Of a stretch of DNA of 14,196 nt, positions 1 to 7,038 are shown piece after piece. Position numbers and translations under genes: made by a program. The notes under the pieces were generated by a model, which did not search any database, had not been told where the DNA came from, and saw only the letters and a program-made list of their open reading frames with translations. The stretch's first letter is position 1; the number at the start of each line of letters is the position of its first letter. Origin of the DNA: Anaerolineae bacterium (GTDB taxonomy: Bacteria; Chloroflexota; Anaerolineae; UBA1429); contig SKLG01000440.1 of assembly GCA_007123335.1 (NCBI GenBank), positions 1 to 14,196 on the forward strand. Direction: 5' to 3'.

Positions 1-143
1 CGCCACTGGGCGAGGTGGATATTCGCTACGACCGGGGGCTGCTGCTACGCTTTACCCTGCCCGCCGGCGCCTATGCCAGCAACGTGCTCGACGAGCTGAT
101 CAAGGCCGACCAGCACCATGAAAAAGATGCCGACCCCGCTTGA
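1..143 (+). CDS. 3' end of an upstream gene (partial, start outside window). C-terminal peptide ...RFTLPAGAYASNVLDELIKADQHHEKDADPA*, stop TGA at 141-143. Resembles the C-terminal F-x-LP-x-G-x-YA(T/S)-x-v-L-(R/D)-EL motif of tRNA pseudouridine synthase TruD.
   Basis: In-frame translation of 3..143 with no stops. The motif match rests on remembered family features only. The stop lies in the loop of the terminator hairpin. Confidence 0.4.
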   Translation, partial: PLGEVDIRYDRGLLLRFTLPAGAYASNVLDELIKADQHHEKDADPA

Positions 144-164
144 TATCCACAAGCGGGGGTCGGC
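121..164 (-). terminator. Rho-independent terminator downstream of tatC. Stem gccgaccccgcttg (129-142) pairs with caagcgggggtcggc (150-164) with one bulge. On the minus-strand RNA it is followed by AUCUUUUU (plus 121-128).
   Basis: A ~14-bp GC-rich inverted repeat with a 7-nt loop and a U-tract, seen directly. It lies 19 nt past the tatC stop. On the plus strand the tail (AUUCUC) is only weakly U-rich, so bidirectional function for the upstream plus-strand gene is uncertain. Confidence 0.5.
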
Positions 165-182
165 ATTCTCACGCGAGACCGG

Positions 183-959
183 TTACTGCTGTATGACGTT
201 GTCGGGCAACTGGCCGGTCTCGTCAGACATCCCCGAGCGAGCCACGCGAGCCAGCACCACGCCCAGCTCGTAGAGCAAATAGAGCGGGATCATGACGATG
301 AACATGTTGATCGGGTCGGGCGTGGGCGTGACAAAGGCGGCGATGATAGAGGTCGCCACGATGGCATATCTGCGCGCTTTGGCCAGCATTTCGGCGGTGA
401 CGATATTCAGCTTGGCCAGGAAGAACATGAGCAAGGGCGTCTGGAAGACGATGCCCATCCAGAATAGGACGCGGGTAACAAAGTCGATATAGTTATCCAA
501 CGTCCACTGGTTCTGGACGATATGGCTCAAAAATCCTTGCATGAAGGTGATGGCCACCGGCAGCATGATGAGCGCGGCAAAGGCTACACCCCCTGAAAAA
601 CAGATCGTCACGCCAGGCAAGAGAAAATAGAGATACTTTTTCTCATGGGGTAGCAAGCCAGGCAAGATAAAGCGAATGACCTGATACACGATGACCGGCA
701 TCGATAGCATGGTACCGCCGATGAGGGCGATGCGGAAATAGACCACAAAGGTCTCGGTCGGATAGATCGTCTGCGGAATGGATCCCCCCAGCGGCAGAAT
801 CAAGATTTGCAGTGCTTGCGGTGTAAAGGCGACACTAATCGCTGTAGCGATCACAAAGGCGATGGACGCCTTGAAGAGTCGTCCGCGCAGCTCCGCAAGG
901 TGTTCCCATATGGTCAGTTCTTGGTCGGTAGCCGTATTAGTAGCCATCTCAGTAGCCAT
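183..959 (-). CDS. tatC: Twin-arginine translocase subunit TatC
   Basis: 258-aa polytopic membrane protein. The N-terminus contains ELTIWEHLAELRGRL and the overall hydrophobic pattern fits TatC. ATG at 959 is preceded by GAGGAA 5 nt upstream, 2 nt after the tatA stop, suggesting translational coupling. Confidence 0.9.
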   Translation of the reverse strand: MATEMATNTATDQELTIWEHLAELRGRLFKASIAFVIATAISVAFTPQALQILILPLGGSIPQTIYPTETFVVYFRIALIGGTMLSMPVIVYQVIRFILPGLLPHEKKYLYFLLPGVTICFSGGVAFAALIMLPVAITFMQGFLSHIVQNQWTLDNYIDFVTRVLFWMGIVFQTPLLMFFLAKLNIVTAEMLAKARRYAIVATSIIAAFVTPTPDPINMFIVMIPLYLLYELGVVLARVARSGMSDETGQLPDNVIQQ

Positions 960-961
960 GA

Positions 962-1762
962 TTATTCCTCACTCCGAGAGACGCCGGTGCTCTCCGCCTG
1001 TGGCTCGACAGTATCATGATCTGCCGTCTCGACATCCTCAGGCTGCGCCTCGGCGCCATTACCGTCCTGTGGAATGACATTGGCACCTGCGTCCTCTTGA
1101 GCACTCGAAGCAGTATCAGTAATAGGATTATCGTCGTCCTCATCATCGTTCACCACCATGGGCCCCATGACGGTGGGCTCGATGAGTTCAATATCTACAT
1201 CCTCCGGCTCGCGATCCTCAGGCACCAGCAGAGCAGTGTGAATGAGAACCGGGGCCACATGTTCCATTTGTGCAGACGAGGGAGCAAAAGGCGATGCCTC
1301 TTGGGTCGTCTTGCTATCCAGCTCGCCCTCTAGAAGGGGAGCGCCAGCGCTCACCATAGCTCGAGCCGGGGCAGGGAATCTCGATCGTCCGGTTGTGCCC
1401 TGGACCTCGGCAGCGGCGCCTTCGATGGCCTGCCCGATCTGGCCGGCCTCCTGCTGAAGTTCGGTAGCCGTGCCTTCCAGCACATTGCCGATCTGCTGGG
1501 CTTCTTCCTGGACCTCGGTGGCCGTGCCTTGCAGCACGTCGCCGAGCTCGCCGGCTTCGCGCTTGGCCTCATCCAGAGCTTCTTGAAGCTCCTCAAGGCT
1601 CAGCGCCTCGCGAAACTCTTGAGACATGCTGTCGGTCTGCTGACGCAACTTGGCCACCATGCGCCCCAGTTGCCCGGCCAGCTCAACCATCTTTTCTGGG
1701 CCGACAACCAGTGCGGTGATCACCAAGATCGCAATGATCTCGCCAGTACCTATTCCAAACAT
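962..1762 (-). CDS. tatA: TatA/TatB-family Sec-independent translocase protein with a long atypical C-terminal extension (266 aa). The core MFGIGTGEIIAILVITALVVGPEKM is followed by three 18-aa repeats and a D/E-rich tail.
   Basis: MFGIG...GPEK is the TatA/B N-terminal TM and hinge signature. I place the start at ATG 1762 (GGGAGG 12 nt upstream), not at the TTG of the track ORF at 1786. The gene sits directly upstream of tatC. Confidence 0.8.
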   Translation of the reverse strand: MFGIGTGEIIAILVITALVVGPEKMVELAGQLGRMVAKLRQQTDSMSQEFREALSLEELQEALDEAKREAGELGDVLQGTATEVQEEAQQIGNVLEGTATELQQEAGQIGQAIEGAAAEVQGTTGRSRFPAPARAMVSAGAPLLEGELDSKTTQEASPFAPSSAQMEHVAPVLIHTALLVPEDREPEDVDIELIEPTVMGPMVVNDDEDDDNPITDTASSAQEDAGANVIPQDGNGAEAQPEDVETADHDTVEPQAESTGVSRSEE

Positions 1763-1845
1763 TAGCTGATGGGACCTCCCGATCAACTCTGATGGTTCAA
1801 CGATAAAGGTGTATCATGTGGTGCATGGCGCAGGTCCCTTGATAG

Positions 1846-2313
1846 TCAGTCGCCGCCGGGGCTCGGAGCGTGCTGAGAGGTCTTTTCGCGGTCCAAATGC
1901 GCGAGGATGCTCTGTTGATGGGTCATCAAAGTACCCAGGACACCATTCACAAAGCGCCCCGAACTCTCGCTGCCAAAAAGCTTGGCCAACTCGACGGCCT
2001 CATTGATGGCAACCTTGGACGGTGTTTCTTCACTAAAAGCGAGCTCAAAAGTCGCCAAACGCAAAATAGCCCGATCCACTGGCGCAATCTGGTCGATAGG
2101 CCATTCGGGTGCAATACGTTCCAGGATGGCATCCAGCGTTTCGAGGTGCTGCAACACGCCATCCACAAGGCGACGGCAGAACGCTTCGCCCTCGGCGGCC
2201 AATTGCTGATCCGTCAGCCGCTCGCGAAGGGCCTTGCCCGGATGATGTCCGGTCACGTCCACCTCAAAGAGCACCTGAAAGGCCATGATCCGCGCTCGTC
2301 GTCTGACCTTCAC
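1846..2313 (-). CDS. nusB: Transcription antitermination factor NusB
   Basis: N-terminal RRRARIMAFQVLFEVD matches the NusB RRxARExAlQaLy motif. The internal ATG falls inside that motif, so the start is GTG at 2313, with GGGGTGA 4-5 nt upstream. Length 155 aa. Confidence 0.85.
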   Translation of the reverse strand: MKVRRRARIMAFQVLFEVDVTGHHPGKALRERLTDQQLAAEGEAFCRRLVDGVLQHLETLDAILERIAPEWPIDQIAPVDRAILRLATFELAFSEETPSKVAINEAVELAKLFGSESSGRFVNGVLGTLMTHQQSILAHLDREKTSQHAPSPGGD

Positions 2314-2334
2314 CGATTCACCCCGCTCGCCACG

Positions 2335-2688
2335 CTATTCTTCGTTCTCAATCAAGGTTTCAACATCCTCGATGTGAACATTCACGGCGAGCACCGGCAT
2401 GCCGATCATATCTTGAATGGCCCGTGATACCCTCGCCTGGATCTCACGCCCCAGCTCATAGAGGTTGACGTTCTTGGCGGCGGTGATGTGCAGATCCACC
2501 GAGACGGCATCATCCACGACCTGGATGCGCACGCCATCTCCGGCGCTCTTGCCTTTGAGCCAACGATTCACATCGCTGGGCAGGGCACGGTGCATGGCCA
2601 CAACTCCTGACACGGCCAGAGTCGCCAAACGGGCGCTGGTGGCCAGCACCTGAGGCGAAATGCGCACGGCTCCCAGTCTGTTTGCCAT
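2335..2688 (-). CDS. Asp23/Gls24 family (alkaline shock protein 23-like) protein
   Basis: MANRLGAVRISPQVLATSARLATLAVSGVV... is typical of the Asp23/DUF322 family. ATG at 2688 has GGGAGG 6 nt upstream. The Asp23-nusB adjacency is conserved in Firmicutes and Chloroflexi. Confidence 0.8.
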   Translation of the reverse strand: MANRLGAVRISPQVLATSARLATLAVSGVVAMHRALPSDVNRWLKGKSAGDGVRIQVVDDAVSVDLHITAAKNVNLYELGREIQARVSRAIQDMIGMPVLAVNVHIEDVETLIENEE

Positions 2689-2763
2689 GTTGTGCCTCCC
2701 GCTTATGCTGGCAACGCGCACAAGGCCCGATGCCGGGCCTGTGGCCTCGTCGCCGGGAAATGA

Positions 2764-2794
2764 CAAGGGCCGCGTCGAGCATCAGACGCCCTTG
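2764..2794 (-). terminator. Possible attenuator or weak terminator hairpin between rpmF and the Asp23 gene. The 7-bp stem CAAGGGC/GCCCTTG has a 17-nt loop and is followed on the minus RNA by UCAUUUCCC.
   Basis: Inverted repeat seen directly. The U-tract is weak and the loop is long, so this is low confidence. Confidence 0.25.
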
Positions 2795-2817
2795 CACGAG
2801 CCATCTGTATCGCGACC

Positions 2818-3003
2818 CTATTCGTTCTCGACCTCAAGCACCTGCACGCCAGCATAGCTGCCACAGGAGGGGCATACATGATGGGGCATATGCATCTCGC
2901 GGCATGACTGGCACACGACCAACTTGGTCGGCTTGAGGGCGTGATGGGCACGTCGGCGCCGCGTACGACCCCTGGACTGTTTTCTTTTAGGTAGAGGTGT
3001 CAT
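2818..3003 (-). CDS. rpmF: 50S ribosomal protein L32
   Basis: 61 aa with MTPLPKRKQSRGRTRRRRAHHAL and a CxxC...CxxC zinc-ribbon remnant (CQSC...CPSC). AAAGGAA lies 9 nt upstream of ATG 3003. It sits immediately downstream of yceD, as in the conserved yceD-rpmF unit. Confidence 0.9.
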   Translation of the reverse strand: MTPLPKRKQSRGRTRRRRAHHALKPTKLVVCQSCREMHMPHHVCPSCGSYAGVQVLEVENE

Positions 3004-3046
3004 GGTTCAGTTCCTTTCAATGAGCATTCCCCTCAAAGGGGTTGAT

Positions 3047-3583
3047 TTATTCTTGATCTGGCTGGTCCAACAACTGGGCCAGGGCCGAGAGCCGAGGGTC
3101 GATCACATCCCTTTGGCAACCACAAGGTTCAAGGTTCAAGTTCTTGCCGCAAATAGGACAAAGCCCTTCGCAATCCGAACGGCACAAACCTGGCGAAGTG
3201 CCAGCCACAATGACATACTGACGCAAGACTTCGCTCATATCCAGCATATGGTGCTCGTCGATGATCAGCTCGGGCTCATCCTCGTCGGTAATGGGCAACG
3301 TGGCGCCGGTATCAATATCGATGGAAGGGATAAACTCTTCTTCGATCTCAAACTCGACCTCTGTAGCCATCGGCTCCAGGCAACGCCGGCATATCTGCTG
3401 GATGTTCATTTGAGCATTGCCCGTCACCAGAATACCTTTAGGGGTGCGCACAAAGAGCAACTCGCCCTCTACATGGGTAACCCCTGGATTGAGCGCGTCG
3501 ATGTCGCGAAGGTCGCCCGATATCGTACGCCGACGCGACGCGCCAACGCCCTCTTTGAGCAATTGAGCGACATTATATATCAT
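3047..3583 (-). CDS. yceD: YceD/DUF177 family protein (large ribosomal subunit accumulation protein)
   Basis: 178 aa with an acidic middle and a C-terminal Cys cluster (CRSDCEGLCPICGKNLNLEPCGC) typical of DUF177. AGAGG lies 5 nt upstream of ATG 3583. Position upstream of rpmF is conserved. Confidence 0.85.
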   Translation of the reverse strand: MIYNVAQLLKEGVGASRRRTISGDLRDIDALNPGVTHVEGELLFVRTPKGILVTGNAQMNIQQICRRCLEPMATEVEFEIEEEFIPSIDIDTGATLPITDEDEPELIIDEHHMLDMSEVLRQYVIVAGTSPGLCRSDCEGLCPICGKNLNLEPCGCQRDVIDPRLSALAQLLDQPDQE

Positions 3584-3609
3584 GGTAACCTCTTGTTAAC
3601 GTTCTAGTT

Positions 3610-3645
3610 TCCCTACAATTATATCTGTAGGGGGCATAGATGTCA
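3610..3645 (-). promoter_or_regulatory. Consensus sigma70-type promoter for yceD-rpmF on the minus strand. TTGACA is at 3645..3640, followed by a 17-nt spacer, TATAAT at 3622..3617 and a T7 tract upstream of -35. A perfect 7-bp inverted repeat CCCTACA/TGTAGGG (plus 3610-3616 and 3626-3632) brackets the -10.
   Basis: Reverse complement of 3601-3660 reads tggctactcaTTTTTTTGACAtctatgccccctacagaTATAATtgtagggaaactagaa. Both hexamers match the consensus exactly with 17-bp spacing. The dyad overlaps the -10 and the predicted +1 region. Confidence 0.55.
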
Positions 3646-3841
3646 AAAAAATGAGTAGCCAGCCCAACGTAACGTCGCTCTCTGGCCAAAAGAGAGCACA
3701 CGGTGCCTTTCTAAGGCAATAGTGCGCACTGTTTCGGCACCCCTGCTATCTTGGTGCCTCTGGCACGGGGGCGTTCGCCCGGCTGCTCTGGTCCGAGACG
3801 GTGCCCTGGCGCCGATTCTAACCATAAAGGAGTTCTCGTCT

Positions 3842-4537
3842 GTGTCCAAACAAGAGATGTCGCCTAGCAGGTACCGTCGTCTGTGGCGCGGCCTCAAGGC
3901 CACCGCGCCGCTGGCTCTGGGCGTGGCCCCCTTTGGCGTCGCCTTTGGCGCCGTGGCCGATGGGGCCATGGCCGGCTGGCAGGCGATGTTCATGTCCTCG
4001 ACGGTCTTTAGCGGCACCGCCCAGTTCGTCTGCGCCAGCATGCTGGCGCAGGGCGCGACCGCCGTGCCCATCGTGCTCACCGGCGTGCTGATCAACATGC
4101 GCATGTTGCTGATGAGCGCCGCCATCACCCCCCACGTCAAGGATGCGCGCCCGGCGCTCTATCCGCTGCTGGCCCATCTGCTCACCGACGAGAGCTTTGC
4201 CGTGAGCATGGCCGAGTTTGAGGCGCGCTCCGGCGACCCCTGGTTTTACGTCGGCTCGGGGTTGGCCATCTGGGGCATCTGGCAGCCGGCGACACTGATC
4301 GGGCTGTTCTTTGGGGCCGCCATTCCTCAGGGCGTGGGCCTCGAGTTCGCCCTGCCGGCCAGCCTCATCGTGCTCCTCTTTTTGCTGCTGCGCGATCGCC
4401 TTCAGGTGGCCACCGCGATGGGTGCCGCGCTGCTCTGTATCGCGCTGCGCCCGCTGGTGTCAGGCACCTGGAGCGCCACCGTCGCCACACTGGCGGCGGC
4501 CACCCTGGCCATGGTCCTCAAGGGAGCGCGGCGATGA
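3842..4537 (+). CDS. azlC: AzlC-family branched-chain amino acid transport permease
   Basis: Hydrophobic protein with LALGVAPFGVAFGAVA...FMSSTVFSGTAQFV, typical of AzlC. The start is probably GTG 3842 (AAGGAG 9 nt upstream) or ATG 3857. The track ORF start at 3722 is very likely non-coding. Confidence 0.8.
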   Translation: MSKQEMSPSRYRRLWRGLKATAPLALGVAPFGVAFGAVADGAMAGWQAMFMSSTVFSGTAQFVCASMLAQGATAVPIVLTGVLINMRMLLMSAAITPHVKDARPALYPLLAHLLTDESFAVSMAEFEARSGDPWFYVGSGLAIWGIWQPATLIGLFFGAAIPQGVGLEFALPASLIVLLFLLLRDRLQVATAMGAALLCIALRPLVSGTWSATVATLAAATLAMVLKGARR

Positions 4538-4884
4538 GCGCGGCGACAAGCGCTGGCACGCACACGGTAACGTGGCTGATCGTAGCGCTGGCGGCGGGCA
4601 CGCTGATCTGGCGCCTGCTACCGCTGGCGGCGCTCAGCCGGACGAGCCTGCCGCGCTGGGCGGAGGAATGGCTGCGGCTGGTGCCGGGAGCCATCCTCGC
4701 CGCATCGCTGGCCCAGAGCCTGCTGGTGCAGGAGGAGCAACTGACCCTCACCTGGCGCAACCCTTATCTCCTCGCCGCTCTGCCGGCGTTTTTGGTGGCC
4801 TGGCGCACCCGCAACGTGCTGCTGACCATGGCGTGCGGCATGGCCGGCTTTGTGGCCTCCAACTACTTCTTGCGGCTCCTCTGA
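4534..4884 (+). CDS. azlD: AzlD-family branched-chain amino acid transport protein
   Basis: 116-aa small hydrophobic protein. Its ATG overlaps the azlC stop (ATGA at 4534-4537), and the azlC-azlD pairing is conserved. Confidence 0.75.
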   Translation: MSAATSAGTHTVTWLIVALAAGTLIWRLLPLAALSRTSLPRWAEEWLRLVPGAILAASLAQSLLVQEEQLTLTWRNPYLLAALPAFLVAWRTRNVLLTMACGMAGFVASNYFLRLL

Positions 4885-4892
4885 GCCAGCCC

Positions 4893-5792
4893 CTACTCGA
4901 TAGGCACAGCGTGCCTCTCAACATAATCCGACACGCGCCGGTCGGGGCGCCGCGTCAAGTAATAGAACGCCTCGGCGTATTCCAGCCCATGGGCCTCGCC
5001 GAGGGCGCGGTATTCGTCGAGCTGAAAGAGGCGGATATAGGCGCGGTCGGCCTCCTCATCGCTGCCGTCGAGGGCGGGCAGGCGCAAGCCACGGGCGGCC
5101 AGCTCGTCGCGCAGGCGTGAGCCCTGGGAGCCACCGGGCCCTTGCGACTTGTTGGCGCTGATGGCGGCGACCTTTTGCGCCATCCAGGGGCCGATATCGA
5201 CGACGCGGTTGTAGGGCTGCCCCTCTCTGGCCACCCAGTAGTAACGCTCGGTTACCGATTTGGGCTTGAGCCCGGCGGCCAGGTGTTCGGGATAGTCCTT
5301 GTCCATCCCCGCCATCCAACACGCCGCCTCTACCGCCTGGCCGGTGATGGTGTGGTCGGGGTTCTCCTCGTCCTGGCCCCAGGGGTTAAAGGTGAACACG
5401 GTATCCACCTGGAGCAGGCGAAATAAAAAGATCAGCCGCGCGCGCAGCTCCAGCGGTGACGCCTCATCGAGGCGATGGTTGCGGTAGCTCAGGTGAAAGA
5501 TCCCCTTGAACCCCAACGCCTGGGCCAACGTCTCTACCTCACGCTCGTTACTGAGCACCGTCTCGCCGATGCTGGGCGTGGGGCCGCACTTTTCGTCGTT
5601 GGTGGTCTGGATCAGGTAGGCGTCATAGCCCTCGGCGATGAGCTTGGCCACCGCGCCGGCGCAGAAAAAGGGGATGTCGTCGGCGTGAGCCTGCACGGCG
5701 GCCAGCACCTTGCCGCGATGGGGCTGCCCCTGGGCAGGGCGCTCGATGACCACCTGCCCCTGCGACACGCCATGGTGCTCGATACGTCCCAT
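4893..5792 (-). CDS. PIG-L/LmbE family N-acetylglucosaminyl deacetylase with N- and C-terminal extensions
   Basis: KVLAAVQAHADDIPFFCAG...DAYLIQTTNDE matches the LmbE AHPDDE-type zinc-binding N-terminal motif. ATG at 5792 has AAGGAG 9 nt upstream, embedded in the dinB 3' end with a 4-nt gap, consistent with translational coupling. Confidence 0.8.
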   Translation of the reverse strand: MGRIEHHGVSQGQVVIERPAQGQPHRGKVLAAVQAHADDIPFFCAGAVAKLIAEGYDAYLIQTTNDEKCGPTPSIGETVLSNEREVETLAQALGFKGIFHLSYRNHRLDEASPLELRARLIFLFRLLQVDTVFTFNPWGQDEENPDHTITGQAVEAACWMAGMDKDYPEHLAAGLKPKSVTERYYWVAREGQPYNRVVDIGPWMAQKVAAISANKSQGPGGSQGSRLRDELAARGLRLPALDGSDEEADRAYIRLFQLDEYRALGEAHGLEYAEAFYYLTRRPDRRVSDYVERHAVPIE

Positions 5793-5796
5793 AATC

Positions 5797-7020
5797 CTAT
5801 ACTCCTTCCGTCGGGTCCGGCTCCTCTGGCCGGTGTTGACGGCGCAACAGCGCCGCGCGGGTGATGGCCTCGTCGCCAAAGCGGTCGCGGATCTCGTCCA
5901 ACGCCTGATTCAGGCGGATGCGCCGCTGGTCGTCGCGCTCAAAGAGGGTGAGCTGGTAGCCGGCCTCGTCCAGCAGCCCATCCACCCCCACTCCCAGCAG
6001 ACGCAGCGGGCGCCCGGCCGTCCAATGGGCATCCAGGAGACGTCGGGCCGCTTCATAGATAGCCTCGGGCTGATCGGTGGGTTGCGCCAGGGTCTCCTGG
6101 CGGGTCTGGGTGACGAAATCAGGATCGCGCAGCTTGATGCGCACCGTCTGCGCCACCCAGCCGCGACGGCGCAAGCGTGCGGCCACCGCCTCGCTCATGC
6201 GCAGCATGGTGCGCTCCAAGAAGAGGCGGTCGGCGACATCGTGGGCAAAGGTCTGTTCCTGGCTGATGGACCGCCGCTCGCTACCTGGCTGGACGGGGGA
6301 ATCATCCAGCCCCTGAGCGCGACGCCACAGGCCGCGACCGTGACGCTCGCCGAGGGTGCGCACGGCGCGCTCCTCGTCCCAGGCGGCCAGATCGCCAATG
6401 GTGGCGATGCCCAACGCCCGCAGCCGGCGCCCGGTGACCTGACCCACGCCCCACAGTGTCTCAATGGGCCGTGGCGCCAAAAAGGCGGCCTCCTCCCCCT
6501 GGGGCACGAGCACCAGCCCCTGAGGTTTGCCGGCGTCGCAGGCGATCTTGGCCACCAGGCGATTGGCGGCGATGCCCACCGAGATGGGCAGCCCCTGCTC
6601 TTCGCGCACACGGCGCTGAATGAGCCGTCCGATGGCCTCGGGCGGCCCCCAGAGGCGCTCGCAGCCGGTCACATCGAGAAAGGCCTCGTCGATGGAAATC
6701 TGCTGCACCGCCGGGGTGATCTCGTAGAGGATATCCATCACGGCGTGGGAGTGCCTGCTATACTCTTGATGGCGCCCCGGGACGACGATGGCCTGAGGAC
6801 AGAGGCGCAGCGCCTGGGCCATGGGCATGGCCGAGCGCACGCCGTAGGCCCGCGCGGCATACGACGCAGAGGAGACCACGCCGCGACCCTCGGGCCGCCC
6901 ACCGACGACCAGCGGCTTGCCGCGCAGCGCCGGGTTGAGCAGTTCCTCCACCGAGGCGAAAAAGGCATCGAGGTCGACGTGCATGATCCAGCACGCAACC
7001 GCAGGCCCGCCAGTGGTCAC
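5797..7020 (-). CDS. dinB: DNA polymerase IV (Y-family translesion polymerase DinB)
   Basis: N-terminal IMHVDLDAFFASVEELL..RGKPLVVGG is the Y-family catalytic motif I, and the thumb and little-finger regions are recognisable. GTG at 7020 has GAGGTGG upstream. ATG at 6984 has no SD and sits inside the conserved I-L/M-H-V-D segment. Confidence 0.85.
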   Translation of the reverse strand: MTTGGPAVACWIMHVDLDAFFASVEELLNPALRGKPLVVGGRPEGRGVVSSASYAARAYGVRSAMPMAQALRLCPQAIVVPGRHQEYSRHSHAVMDILYEITPAVQQISIDEAFLDVTGCERLWGPPEAIGRLIQRRVREEQGLPISVGIAANRLVAKIACDAGKPQGLVLVPQGEEAAFLAPRPIETLWGVGQVTGRRLRALGIATIGDLAAWDEERAVRTLGERHGRGLWRRAQGLDDSPVQPGSERRSISQEQTFAHDVADRLFLERTMLRMSEAVAARLRRRGWVAQTVRIKLRDPDFVTQTRQETLAQPTDQPEAIYEAARRLLDAHWTAGRPLRLLGVGVDGLLDEAGYQLTLFERDDQRRIRLNQALDEIRDRFGDEAITRAALLRRQHRPEEPDPTEGV

Positions 7021-7038
7021 ACAGCCACCTCGACGTGT

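Noticed and set aside
3722-3841. Upstream extension of the azlC ORF (track start at 3722).
   Set aside because: There is no RBS at 3722. AAGGAG sits correctly for GTG 3842. The extension has no AzlC-like sequence and overlaps the leader repeats.
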